Below are positions 51,010 through 61,600 of a stretch of 64,000 nt of DNA, in pieces. A model generated the notes under the pieces. That model did not search any database, was not told where the DNA came from, and was given only the letters and a program-made list of their open reading frames with translations. Position 1 is the stretch's first letter. Each line of letters begins with the position of its first letter. A program made the translations under genes and the position numbers. Source of the stretch: an uncultured delta proteobacterium (GTDB taxonomy: Bacteria > Myxococcota_A > Polyangia > Polyangiales > Polyangiaceae); assembly GCA_963716725.1 (NCBI GenBank), contig CAVQUB010000010.1:139873-203872 (forward strand), given 5' to 3'.

Positions 51010-51998
51010 TCAGCCCGGCGCCCAGAGCGTCGTTGGTAGGCCGCCGCGTTTCCACAGGGCCAGCAGGTCCATCAGACAGCGCGACGGTGATGTGCACCAG
51101 GAAGCCCGAGTAGATGCTCCGCGTGCGCATGGCCAGGCTCCCGAGCACGACGCCCGCCACGATGGCGCCGTGGGCCTCGAGGTAGGGCTTGCCGTAGTGG
51201 ATCATGCAGTAGGGAACCGCCATCACGAAGATGGCGCTGGCCCCCATGCTCTTTCGGAGCGCGCCCACTATCCAGCCACGGAAGAAGGCCTCGAGCGCCA
51301 GGAACTGCACGAAGTAGATGGCCTCCCAGGTCAGGAAGTCGAACCAGCTCCGGGAGCTCTGCTTGTAGAACGGGTAGTAACCGCCGAAGTCGGGCTGCGA
51401 CGCCACCAGCAGCATGGCCGGCAGCACGAAGGCCAGACACAGCCCGTAGATCCAGAGGTGGCTGAAGAAGCCTCTCACCCGAAAGCCCATGTCGAGCAGC
51501 TTGTCGTCTGGGGAACAGCAGCTTCCACAGGGGCAGGGGGATGATCACGTAGCCGAGGACGCGGCTCGAGACCCACCAAGCGTAGCCGTACAGCTCGTCG
51601 TACTTCGCGAGCTTCACGAAGCTCCAGCCGCCGCGTTCCAGATCGGCGAGCATGGGGCGGACCAGCTGGTCGTAGATCTGGCGACCGCCGTAGTACTCTT
51701 GAAGCGTCAGCACGACCGCGGCGATGAGCAGACAGGCCGCGGGCCGCAGATCGTGCTTGCCGGCCTGGACGAGCAGGGCGCGATGCTCGGCGGCGTCGCG
51801 ATCGAGCTCCCGCCAGGTGTCGCGAAAGAAGCGCCAGATCAGCGGGGCGATCAGGCACAGGATGGGCAGGGGCAAGAGCGCCTTGATCGGCGGGTAGCCG
51901 AGCAGCGCGTCCCACCAGGACCGGAGCGCCAGCGGAGCGAGCGGCAGCGTCAGCCCATCGGACAGCTCTGGTCCCAGCGTGGCGAGCCCGTCGAGCAT
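51010..51998 (-). CDS. CPBP (Abi/CAAX type II) intramembrane glutamic protease; apparent frameshifts near 51505 and 51073
   Basis: LEAFFRG, MIHYGKP.LE, RTRSIYSGFLVH motifs and multiple TM helices. Confidence 0.8.
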
Positions 51999-52008
51999 GA
52001 TGGGGTGC

Positions 52009-53451
52009 TCAGCCGTTGCCTCGCGCGATTTCGGCGGCGGCTTCGAGCCGTGCCACCGATCGCTCGCGACCGAGCACGCTCATCACCTCGAACAGCCCGG
52101 GGCTCGCGCTCCGGCCGGTGAGGGCGACGCGAGCGGGCTGCGCGACGTCCTTCATCTTCACTTGATCGCGCTCGGTCCAGATCCGCACCGCCTCGTCCAA
52201 TGCCTCCGCGGTGAAGACCGGCGCACTGCGGCAGATGTCCGCCAGCGCCGACAGATGAGGCACTGCGGCTGGGACCAGCAGCTTGGCCCGTGCCTGCGGA
52301 TCCAGCTCGGGCGGGTCTCGGAAATAGTAGTCGAGGGCCGCGGCGGCTTCGACCAGGGTCCGGGCGCGCTCGCGGATGGTGGGGATGGCTGCGGTCAAGG
52401 TGGGCTCGGGCACCTCGTTCAGGCCGCGTGCGCTCATGAATGGTCGGACTCCCGTCGCGTAGTCCTCGGCCGAGGTCAGATCCGGGCGCTTCAGGTGCTC
52501 GAAGGCCACGTCTGCGAACTTCTTCTCGTCGAACTTGCCGTCGGCCCTGTTGACGCGGGCCCAGTCGAACAGCCGCACCAGCTCGTCGCGGGTGAAGATC
52601 TCCTGGTCGCCGGACGACCAGCCGAAGCGCACCAGGTAGTTGAGCACGCCCATCGGCGTGAAGCCGCGCTCGCGGTAGTCCTGCACGCGCACCGAAGCGT
52701 GCCGCTTGCTGAGCTTCTCGCCCTTGGGCGAGAGCATCATCGGCAGGTGAGCGAACTCCGGCGCTTCCCAGCCAAAGGCCCGGTACAAGCAGGACCTGCT
52801 GCGGCGTGTTTCCGATGTGATCGCGGCCGCGCGCGACCAGCGTGATGCCCATCGCGTGGTCGTCGACGACCGCCGCCAAGTTGTAGAGCGGGAAGCCATC
52901 CGTGCGCACGATGACGAAGTCCTGTTGCACCTCGTTCGGCGTGCGGATCTCGCCGAAGACCTTGTCCACGAAATCGGTCGAGCCCTGGTCGCGGCGACTT
53001 GAAGCGCACGACGTGCGGCAGGTCGGGCTCGTCCTTCCGCTCGCGACAGGTGCCGGGGTAGACGAACTGCGCCTTCGGGTCCCGCTCCTTGAGCGCGGCG
53101 CGCTGCGCGTCGAGCTCTTCTTTGGTGCAGTAGCAACGATAGGCCTTGCCGGCGCGGATCAGCTGCTCGACAGCGTCCCGGTACAGCTGCTTGCGCTCGC
53201 TCTGGAAGTACCGGCCGTGCGGCCCGCCGACCTCCGGCCCCTCTTCCCAGTCGAGGCCGAGCCAGGTCAGCGCGTTCAGGATGGCCCGCACGCTGTCCAG
53301 GCTGCTCCGCTCCTGGTCCGTGTCCTCGATCGCGAACCACGAACACGCCGCCCTGGCTCTTGGCCCAGAGCCAGTTGAAGAGCGCGGTCCGAGCCCCGCC
53401 GATGTGCAGGTATCCACTCGGAGAAGGGGCGAAACGCACGCGCGGTCCCAT
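52009..53451 (-). CDS. gltX: Glutamate--tRNA ligase; three apparent frameshifts (about 53335, 52985, 52790)
   Basis: RVRFAPSPSGYLHIGG, IEDTD, AYRCYCT, YNLAAVVDDHAMGIT.V.RG.DH, KLSKRH, RVALTG..ASPG. Confidence 0.93.
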   Translation of the reverse strand: MGPRVRFAPSPSGYLHIGGARTALFNWLWAKSQGGVFVVRDRGHGPGAEQPGQRAGHPERADLARPRLGRGAGGRRAARPVLPERAQAAVPGRCRAADPRRQGLSLLLHQRRARRAARRAQGAGPEGAVRLPRHLSRAEGRARPAARRALQVAATRARPISWTRSSARSARRTRCNRTSSSCARMASRSTTWRRSSTTTRWASRWSRAAAITSETRRSRSCLYRAFGWEAPEFAHLPMMLSPKGEKLSKRHASVRVQDYRERGFTPMGVLNYLVRFGWSSGDQEIFTRDELVRLFDWARVNRADGKFDEKKFADVAFEHLKRPDLTSAEDYATGVRPFMSARGLNEVPEPTLTAAIPTIRERARTLVEAAAALDYYFRDPPELDPQARAKLLVPAAVPHLSALADICRSAPVFTAEALDEAVRIWTERDQVKMKDVAQPARVALTGRSASPGLFEVMSVLGRERSVARLEAAAEIARGNG

Positions 53452-53556
53452 GGGTCCGCCGCGTTAGCATGGTTTTGGCGCTGGGGGCATTGCCTAGCCC
53501 CGGCCGCACTGCTAGAAGGCCCGCCCTCACGGCTCTCTGCCGTTCGGAGACGACCC

Positions 53557-53970
53557 ATGAAGAAGACCCCCCTGGCCCAGGCCACCGAGCGATTCACCAC
53601 CAAGGCAAAGCTCGTCGAGGCCGTTCAGAAGTTGACGACCGACGACCTGTGGCTCGACCGCGTGAACAGCGCGAAGGGTCTCGCCCGCGTTTCGAACGCC
53701 AAGCTGGTTCGCCTGCACGACGTTCTCACGCAGGTGAAGAAGGACTTCGGCTCCCGCGCCAAGCTCATCGACGCCGTCCTCACCCTCGAGAAGCGCGGCA
53801 AGGACGCCGGCTACAAGAGCCGGCTCGAGCAGTATCCGTTGCCGCGCTTGGTCGACCTGCACGGAGCGGCGTCGCGCCGCGCCAAGCGCTCCGACGCCAA
53901 GGCCAAGGCCGCCCCCGCCAAGAAGGCGCCCGCGGCCAAGAAGGCCAAGAGCGCCAGCGCCAGCGCCTGA
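53557..53970 (+). CDS. Small basic hypothetical protein with Lys/Ala/Pro-rich tail
   Basis: ATG 53557 with GGAGA RBS, strongly GC3-biased codons, tail AKAKAAPAKKAPAAKKAK. Confidence 0.75.
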   Translation: MKKTPLAQATERFTTKAKLVEAVQKLTTDDLWLDRVNSAKGLARVSNAKLVRLHDVLTQVKKDFGSRAKLIDAVLTLEKRGKDAGYKSRLEQYPLPRLVDLHGAASRRAKRSDAKAKAAPAKKAPAAKKAKSASASA

Positions 53971-53987
53971 GTTCGAGTTCGCCGGGG

Positions 53988-54494
53988 TCAGAGACCCTTG
54001 TCGGCGATCCACTGATTGCTGAAGTCGGCGCCCTTCTTGTAGCTGTCTTCCATGTCGGCGATGATTCGCTTTTCGAGCATTCCGCCGACTCCGAAGATCT
54101 TGGCGACGACCGTGCAGTCGAAGTGCCGAACGCACTTGTCGCCCTGCGACTTGGTGTAGAGCGTGCCCTTGATGGTCATCTTGTCGGCGAGCTTGTTGGG
54201 CGTGATCACGATCGAGTAGCGCCGGGTCTTCTTGTCGAAGACGCCATCTTCTCGGTAGCCGAGCCCCTCGCCGATCACCGCCTTGAGCGGCCCCGGCATG
54301 GGTCCCAGTTTGGGCACCACGTTGATGCTGCGCCGGAGCTCGCTCTCGGTCTCGTCTTGCTTCAGCTTCTCGTAGACGGGAAATGCGAGGGCCTTCTTGA
54401 ACAGGTCCTCGTTGTAAGCGTCGTCGAAGAACATCTTGTCCCAGAAGGCGTCTTCGCTGCAGTTGTAAACGTGTTCGATGCGGACGTCGGCCAT
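53988..54494 (-). CDS. DUF2505-like (SRPBCC/START-fold) protein
   Basis: 168 aa, C-terminal AKIFGVGGMLEKRI pattern. Confidence 0.7.
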   Translation of the reverse strand: MADVRIEHVYNCSEDAFWDKMFFDDAYNEDLFKKALAFPVYEKLKQDETESELRRSINVVPKLGPMPGPLKAVIGEGLGYREDGVFDKKTRRYSIVITPNKLADKMTIKGTLYTKSQGDKCVRHFDCTVVAKIFGVGGMLEKRIIADMEDSYKKGADFSNQWIADKGL

Positions 54495-54549
54495 GGCGGC
54501 ATCCTAATTCGCGCCCTCGCCCCCGCACCAGCTATAGAATGCGACCCTC

Positions 54550-55275
54550 ATGACCACCGCGGCCCGTCCCGCCGGCCCGGCCGCCCCCCTGCGACCGCCG
54601 GGATTCTTGCGGCAGACGCTGGTCATTCTGCGAAAAGATCTGCTGATCGAGCTGATGAGCGGCGAGGTGATCACCACCAGCGCCTTCTTCGGCGTGCTCG
54701 TCGTGATCATCTCGTCCTTCTCGTTTTACGGTGGTCCGGCCACGAAGCAGCTCGTCGCCGCCGGCACGCTCTGGCTGTCCATCGCGTTCGCCACGGTGCT
54801 GGCCCTCGGACGGGCCTGGCAGCGCGAGCGTGAAGAGGGAGCGCTGGCGGGTCTGCTGGTGGCGCCGGTGTCTCGGGCGGCCATCTTCGCCGGCAAGACC
54901 CTGGGCCTGATGGCGTTTCTGGGGGTCATCGAGCTGGTCGTGGTCCCGCTGACGGCCCTGCTCTTCTCCGTCGATCTGCTGGAGGTCGGGCCGGCGCTGC
55001 TGGTCATCTGTCTGCTCTCGACCCCCGGGCTCGCCGCGACGGGCACCCTGTTCGGCTCCATGACCGTCCGCACCCGCGCCCGAGACCTGCTGCTCGCCAT
55101 CGTGCTCCTGCCGCTGCTCTCGCCGACCTTGCTCGCGTCGGTGGCCGCCACCCGCGAGTTGCTCGGTGGGGCGTCGCTGTCCGAGCTGGGCGACTACCTG
55201 AAGCTGATGGGCCTCTTTGACGTGATCTTCGTGACGGGTGGGCTCGCCCTCTTCGGGATGTTGATCGACAGCTGA
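54550..55275 (+). CDS. ccmB: Heme exporter protein B
   Basis: ILRKDLLIE, LGRAWQREREEGAL.GLL, IFAGK, LLLAIVLLPLL.P, six TM helices. Confidence 0.88.
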   Translation: MTTAARPAGPAAPLRPPGFLRQTLVILRKDLLIELMSGEVITTSAFFGVLVVIISSFSFYGGPATKQLVAAGTLWLSIAFATVLALGRAWQREREEGALAGLLVAPVSRAAIFAGKTLGLMAFLGVIELVVVPLTALLFSVDLLEVGPALLVICLLSTPGLAATGTLFGSMTVRTRARDLLLAIVLLPLLSPTLLASVAATRELLGGASLSELGDYLKLMGLFDVIFVTGGLALFGMLIDS

Positions 55276-55288
55276 AGCGGAGCTGCGT

Positions 55289-56554
55289 TCAGCCGAGCCC
55301 GAGGTCCCGTCGCACGCGGGCGGCGGTGGCGGCACCGGAGGCCGCCGAGTCCTTGGCCCCGATCACGCTGCCGGTGCCATACAAGCCTGGCCCGAGCACG
55401 CCGCCGTCCTCCGCGCGCAGGCGATAGCCTTCCAACGCGTCGAACTCGAGGCTCGCACCCGCTTGAACGGCGAGCTCCGCCGCGGGTGAGCCCGGTCCGC
55501 CGACCACGATGGCGTCCACGCGCTCGCGCCGCTCGCCCTCAGCCGAGCGCAGGACGATGCCCGAGACTCTCGAGCGCCCGGCGGAGCGCACGACGTCCGT
55601 CGCCCGCACGCGCAGTACCTCGGCGTGTCCGTCCAGAGCGCTGCAGAAGGCGTCCTCCGCGGCGCCTTCGCCCAGGAGCGCGACTCGCTTTCCAAGCGAG
55701 ATCCCCCCGCGCCACAGGGTGAGCGCGGCGGTGGCGGAGTAGATACCCGGCAGATCGTTCTCGCCGAAGGCGCCGACGGGGGCGTGACGGCCGCTGGCGA
55801 GGATGACGGCGCGCGCGACGAAGAGCGTTGCGCCGTCGGGACCGAGAGCGACGGCGTGCAGGCGTCCGTCGCCGCGTTCGGGCTCGCGAAAAAGCGCGAT
55901 GGCCGTGGTCTCGGCGCTGAGCTCGGCGCCGCGTGCGCTGGCTCTCGCGACGAGCTCGCGGCCGCGATCCGGGTTCAGCGCGCGCTGTCTGCCTCCGAGG
56001 GCCGGCCCGTCGTCGACCAGCACCGGGCAGCCGGGCAGATCGGCGAGAGCCCTGAGCCCGGCCGCGCCGCCGCCGATCACGAGCACGTCGAGCTCGCGGC
56101 GGACCGCGTCCTTCGCGGCTTCGCTGGTGTCGGGCAAAGTCCCGAGCCCGGCGACGCGGCGCGCGAAGCTCTGCACGATGCTCGAGACCCCGCGGATCCC
56201 AGCGAACAAGCGGTGATGGTCGATGCCGCGCGGGAACAAAAAATCGGCGGCCCGAAGCGCGTCGACGCCCCGGGTTCCGAGCACGTTCTGGGTCTCGATC
56301 TGCTCGCCGCCTCGCGCGGGTCGGAGGCAGGTCATCACGTTGGGCTCGCCGTCGACGCGGGCCAGGCAGCCGTCGCAACCGCCACGCAGGCAGTACGGTC
56401 CGCGGGGTCGGTGCAGCTTCGGACTGCGCGCCAGGGGAAGCCGATTGGCCGCGATCAGCGCGTGGGCGAGGGGCTCACCGCGTTCGGCGACGACGCGGTC
56501 CCCGTCGTGGCTGATCTCGACCGGATCTCTCGGGGGTTTTACCCGCGCGGGCAT
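55289..56554 (-). CDS. 2Fe-2S + FAD-dependent oxidoreductase (sarcosine oxidase alpha N-terminal-like)
   Basis: RSPKLHRPRG, CLRGGCDGC..NVMTC, DVLVIGGGAAG, FGENDLPGI. Confidence 0.8.
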   Translation of the reverse strand: MPARVKPPRDPVEISHDGDRVVAERGEPLAHALIAANRLPLARSPKLHRPRGPYCLRGGCDGCLARVDGEPNVMTCLRPARGGEQIETQNVLGTRGVDALRAADFLFPRGIDHHRLFAGIRGVSSIVQSFARRVAGLGTLPDTSEAAKDAVRRELDVLVIGGGAAGLRALADLPGCPVLVDDGPALGGRQRALNPDRGRELVARASARGAELSAETTAIALFREPERGDGRLHAVALGPDGATLFVARAVILASGRHAPVGAFGENDLPGIYSATAALTLWRGGISLGKRVALLGEGAAEDAFCSALDGHAEVLRVRATDVVRSAGRSRVSGIVLRSAEGERRERVDAIVVGGPGSPAAELAVQAGASLEFDALEGYRLRAEDGGVLGPGLYGTGSVIGAKDSAASGAATAARVRRDLGLG

Positions 56555-56638
56555 GGCCGCTGGAGCCTATCTCGGCTCTCCGAGCCCGGAGCCATGGAAT
56601 CGCCATCGGCCAGGGAAATGCTTTAGTGTCGGAGCCGC

Positions 56639-57244
56639 ATGCGCCTCGGCTTGATCGGTCCCGCCAACGACCGCGACGACCTCCTCGAGCGCGCGGTGCG
56701 TTTCCTTTCCAAGGAGCGCGCGGTGCACCGAGCCGTCTATCTCGGTCTCGACCCCGCGCTCGAGCGGGTGGTCGGCGCCTTGGCGTCGCGGGCCGTGGGG
56801 GACGACCCCGGGGTGGGCGCGGTGTGGCAACGAGCGGCGGTACGTTGTGGCCAAGCGGCTCCTGCCGAGATTGACCGATTCCTCGAAGCCGAACGCGAGC
56901 GGCTGTCCCTGATGGTGTTCGGGGCGCTGCCGGGCGAGGACACCCGCTTGATCGAACTGCTCTGCGGAAAGGTCGCGGTGATGATCCACGACAAGGCATT
57001 GCTCGACGAAGACGACATCGCATCGGCGACGTTCTTGGTTTTCGGAAAGAGTACGGAGCCGATGGTCAAACCCATCGGCAGCCGCTGGTTCCTCACCCCG
57101 GGGCCGCTCGCCTCGGGGGGCGTCATGGTCCTGGATGACGGTTCGGGCGTGGTCGAGCTGTCGCTCTACGACGACCAGCAGCGCGAGGTGCGTCGTGAGC
57201 GGCTCATGACGCCCAGCGACGGTCGACTCAAGGTCCGACCGTGA
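56639..57244 (+). CDS. Hypothetical protein with degenerate YfcE/Vps29-like metallophosphoesterase fold
   Basis: Motif spacing MRLGLIG / VYLG.D / VMIHD / LVFGKSTEP / FLTPG parallels the phosphoesterase motifs, but most metal ligands are missing. Confidence 0.6.
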   Translation: MRLGLIGPANDRDDLLERAVRFLSKERAVHRAVYLGLDPALERVVGALASRAVGDDPGVGAVWQRAAVRCGQAAPAEIDRFLEAERERLSLMVFGALPGEDTRLIELLCGKVAVMIHDKALLDEDDIASATFLVFGKSTEPMVKPIGSRWFLTPGPLASGGVMVLDDGSGVVELSLYDDQQREVRRERLMTPSDGRLKVRP

Positions 57245-57810
57245 GCTCGCGGTCGCGGGTCGCGGTGTTCGGTGGCAGCTTCAACCCACCCCACGTGGCC
57301 CACGTCTTGGCCATCAGCTACGTGCTGGCGTGTTTCGACCTCGACCGTGTCCTCGTCGTGCCCGTGTTCGAGCACGCTTTTGACAAGGATCTCGCGCCCT
57401 TCGAGGCTCGAGTGGAGCTCTCTCGGGCGGCCTTCGGCTGGCTCCCAGGGGTCGAGATTTCGCCCATCGAAGAGCGCTTGCCGCAGCCGAGCTACACCAT
57501 CGTGACCCTGGAAAAGCTGGCCGAAGAGCACCCAGATTGGGCGCTGCGACTCGTCGTGGGATCGGACGTTTTGCACGAGCGCGACAACTGGCGAGCTTTC
57601 GATCGCATCGAAGAGTTGGCGCCGCTCATCGTACTTGGGCGCGCCGGGGCGCCGCATCCCTCCGCACCGGCGGCGCTCTTGCCGGAGGTGTCGTCGACTC
57701 GCGTGCGTGCTCTGTTGCGCTCGGCTGACCCCGCGGCCGAGCGCGAACTCGAATCGTTGGTCCCGCGCGTCGCGCTCGCTCAGATCCGCGAGCGAGGGCT
57801 CTACCGATGA
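57241..57810 (+). CDS. nadD: Nicotinate-nucleotide adenylyltransferase
   Basis: FGGSFNPPHVAH, SYTIVTL, VVGSD, VSSTRVR. Confidence 0.9.
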   Translation: MSSRSRVAVFGGSFNPPHVAHVLAISYVLACFDLDRVLVVPVFEHAFDKDLAPFEARVELSRAAFGWLPGVEISPIEERLPQPSYTIVTLEKLAEEHPDWALRLVVGSDVLHERDNWRAFDRIEELAPLIVLGRAGAPHPSAPAALLPEVSSTRVRALLRSADPAAERELESLVPRVALAQIRERGLYR

Positions 57811-58649
57811 AGGTCCTGTTCATCGGTCGCGGCAAGGTCGCGCGCGCGCTGCAAGCCCAACTGCGCAAGACCGACCACCCGTCGCGCTTGATCCCATCTC
57901 GCGGTCGCTTGCCAGACCTGGGCGACGACGTGGATCTGGTGGTGCTCTGCGTGCGGGACGACGCGCTCGACGCCCTGGTCGGACGGCTCGTCGCCCAGCG
58001 CCCGAGTCGCGCGGCGATCGTGCACGTCGCCGGCGGACGTGGACCCGAGGTGCTTTCGGGCCTCGCCGGTCGCTGTGCGGGCGTCGCGCGAGCCCATCCG
58101 CTGGTGAGCTTCGCGTCGGCGCGGGTTCACCCCAACCTCGATGGTGCGCTCTGGATGATCAACGGTGATCGGGTGGCCGTCCTCCGTGCGCGCCGGCTGG
58201 CGCGAGCGCTGGGCGGGGTGCCTCGGAGCTGGCCTGGCGTCGCGCCGGCGAGCTACCACGCCGCGGCGGCGTTGGCGGCCAACGGCACCGCGGCGCTGGC
58301 CGCCGCCGCGACTCGGGTCCTCGTGGACGCAGGTGCGCCCCCGGCGGAGGTCCTGCCGGCCATTGCCGTCCTGTTGCGATCGGTCGTCGAGAACCTCCAG
58401 CGCTTGGGCCTGCCGGGCGCGTTGACCGGGCCCATCCGGCGCGGAGATGCCGGCGCAGTGGCTGGCCACCGGGCCGCAATGTCGAGTCAAAGCGTTGAAA
58501 TACAAGAGCTTTATAGATGGTGTGGGCTCGCTCAGCTCGGCCTCGCACACGCGCTGGGCGAAGCGCCCCCGGCCGATCTTGCGGCGGTCGAGCGCGCGCT
58601 CCGGCCCAAGCCGCGGGTGCGTCCCCGACGGAATCCCGCGACGCGGTAA
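57807..58649 (+). CDS. Rossmann-like + DUF2520 domain protein
   Basis: IGRGKVA, VRDDAL, HPLVSF, YHAAAALAAN, ALTGPIRRGD..V..H. Confidence 0.85.
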   Translation: MKVLFIGRGKVARALQAQLRKTDHPSRLIPSRGRLPDLGDDVDLVVLCVRDDALDALVGRLVAQRPSRAAIVHVAGGRGPEVLSGLAGRCAGVARAHPLVSFASARVHPNLDGALWMINGDRVAVLRARRLARALGGVPRSWPGVAPASYHAAAALAANGTAALAAAATRVLVDAGAPPAEVLPAIAVLLRSVVENLQRLGLPGALTGPIRRGDAGAVAGHRAAMSSQSVEIQELYRWCGLAQLGLAHALGEAPPADLAAVERALRPKPRVRPRRNPATR

Positions 58650-58676
58650 TCCACCGGGGATCACGCTGGTCCCGCG

Positions 58677-61600
58677 TTGCCGGACCCCGGTTTCGGGGCT
58701 ACGGTTCCGACTGCCTTGGCACCCTCAGCCGAACGTCTCGAGCCGGCCGTCGGACTCGTACGAGCGAGCGCTTTCGTCGCGCTCGACGATCGAGTTCGGC
58801 GCGTGGATGCGCGCGGCGCGGTGTGCGTGCGGGTCGCTGACGCGCGTGGCCTCGACGCGGTGGAAAGCCACATCGAGCGTCGCGTGTCCGCCCTCGGACG
58901 CCGCTGGGTACGTGCCGACGCGTCGGCGGATAGCGCTTGGCGCGACGTCGCGCTGCGTTTGGGCCTGAGCCCTCTGCCGAGCGACGCCGAAAGCCTCGCG
59001 GACCTGCTCGAGAGCGCCGCGTCGCGAGCCCGCGCCGTGGTCGTCGTCCGGATCCGCGGTGGCAGCGAATGGGATCTCGCGGTGTCGCGCTTCGTCGTGA
59101 ATCGTGACAGCGATGCGCTCTTCGTCTTGCTCACCTCGAGCGATGACAAAGTCGATCCCAGTTTCGCCCCCATCGACCTCCCGGCCGAACTCGACGGCGT
59201 AGCGCTCGAACGCTGGTGGGAAGCGGTAGCCGCGCCGCGGCCCACGAGCCTGGTGGAACTCAGCGCCTGGTTCGATGCCGCGGCGAGCGTCGCACCGCGC
59301 TGCCCGGAGCGCGATTGGGCGGGGCTCGCCCCGTCGCCGCGCGCCTGCTTCGAGCGCTTGTCCCTCGCGCGCCGCGCGTGGCCGGTCCACGCCCTGGACG
59401 CTCTGGCCACGAGCACGGATCTCGCGCCGTTGGTCGACGCTGGCCTCGCGGTGGTGCGTGACGGCATGATCTCCGTGCCAAGCGTGGACATCGATTCACC
59501 CACGCCCGAGAGCGTCGCCGTCGTGGCGCGCGGACTCGCTCAGGTCTTCCCACGGGATGCCTGGGCGCTCGCCCGAAGCGCCGAGCTGTCGGCGTCGCTC
59601 GGTCACATCGCCGAAACCGAACGCGCGATGCACCTAGCGCTCACCCTGGTGGAAGACGAAGCCAGTCGTGGTGAGCTGTGGGCGCGGTTCACCGATGTCC
59701 TTGCCTCGAGCCCCGCCGCCGAGGTGGCCGAGGTCCGGTTGCGGGGCGCCGAGCTGGCTCTTGCGCTCGGGGACGGCGACACGGCGCTGGCGTGGGCCCA
59801 GGCTGCCGGGCCCGTCGAACCGCGCTCGCGGGCCGCCTTCGTGCTCGGCCGCGCCGCCCTCGCCCGCGGCGACCTCGTCACCGCCATCGCCGCTCTCGAG
59901 CGAGCGTCCGAGCTGTTTGGCGCCGACGCCGAAGGCCGCAGCGAAACCTGCGTTCAAATCGGCGAAGTGCGCTACGCCATGGGTGAGCTCGACGCCGCCG
60001 AGGGGCTTGCGCGACGAGCGCTCGACGGCTCCGTAGCCTCGGGTGTTCGTCTGTCCGCGCGCAACCTGCTCGGCAAGCTGCTCTTGGCCCGCGGCGACTG
60101 GGCCGGCGCGGACGCTCACTTTGCCGCCGACGCCTGCGAAGCGATCGGTGCTGGAGACCTGACCGCCGAGCTCCGTGCGCGCGTGAACCGCGCCATCGCG
60201 CTCTTGTCCTGCGGCGCTTCCGAGCCTGCGCGCGAGATGTTGACTCGAGTGCTCCGTGACGCCGAGGCGCGAGGCGAGCGACGAGCCATCGGCTTCGCGC
60301 TGAGCAACCTCGCGGTCCTCGCCATCGAGCGCCACGACTACGGTCACGCGCTCGAGCTGCTCGAACGCACCATCGGTGCGCACCGGCGCCTGGGCGATCG
60401 CCTCGAACTTTGCGCGCGACGTTTCGAACTTGGTGGAGCTTCGGCTCCGGCTCGGGCTCGGGGAGCAGGCGGAGCAATTGCTACGCTTCGCGCGGAACAC
60501 TCTCGGCCCCGGTGCCCCCGGCTCCCGCGCCGCCGAGCTGGCGCTGGCGTCGGCCCGGGTTCACCTGTGCCGCGGACGGACGCCGGAGGCAGAGCGCGAG
60601 GTGCGCGTCGCGCTGCGCTGGGCTGGCATGTCGAGCGACGGAGACAAGCTCGGCGAGTGCCACCGCCTCGCCGCCCGAATCGCCCTCGACGACGGCGCCG
60701 TGCAGATCGCCGAGGCGGAGCTCGCTCGGGCCCTCGCCCTCGCCAAGGCGCCCTACGATCACGCGGAAGTCGCGCTGCTGGAGGCCATGACCCTGCGCGC
60801 GAGCGGAGCGTCGGCACGCGCGGCGAGCGATCGCGCCGTCGCGGCGACCCGCGAGGCAGGGGACGAAGAACTCGCGCGCGAAGCGCACGTGCTCGCAGCC
60901 GAGTTGGCGCTCGACGAACACGACGCGGCGAGCATGCAGTCCCATCTGCGCTCGGCCCGGGCGCTCGCGGACGACGTGATCGCCAGCCTGAACGGCGCGC
61001 TCTGCGAGGCATACGTTGCGCGGCCGGCCCTGCTCAAGCTCTCGCGACTCGAACGCCTATCGGTCGAGTGCTCGGACATCGATTCCGAGCCCGTGTCCCT
61101 TCCTCCCACCAGCGAGGCGCCCCGCGCGTCGCGCGGCGCCCCGGTTTACGTCGGGCGGCATCCGAGCGTCCGTGCACTGCTCGACTCGGCGGCGCGCGTC
61201 GGCAAGACGGGCGCGACCGTGCTCATCCGCGGCGAGAGCGGCACCGGCAAGGAGCTGATCTCCGAGCTGATTCATCTTCAGAGCAACCGAGCCCAGGGAC
61301 CGTTGGTGAAGGTCAACTGCGCGGCGCTCGTCGAGACCCTGCTCTTGAGTGAGCTCTTCGGTCACGAGAAGGGCGCCTTCACGGGCGCGAGCGCGCGCCG
61401 GCGCGGGCGCTTCGAGCTGGCCAACGGCGGCACGCTCTTCCTCGACGAGATCGGCGACATCTCGCCGCGCACCCAGGTCGCGCTGCTGCGCGTGCTCGAA
61501 GAACGTCGAATCGAACGCGTCGGTGGCGCGACGCCCGTCGACGTCGACGTGAGAATCGTGTGTGCCACGCACCGCGATCTCCCCGCGATGGTGGAAAGCG

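Noticed and set aside
49226..51490. 754-aa ORF suggesting a CPBP protease-arginine decarboxylase fusion
   Set aside because: A frameshift near 51073 bypasses the protease stop at 51010. speA starts separately at 50890.
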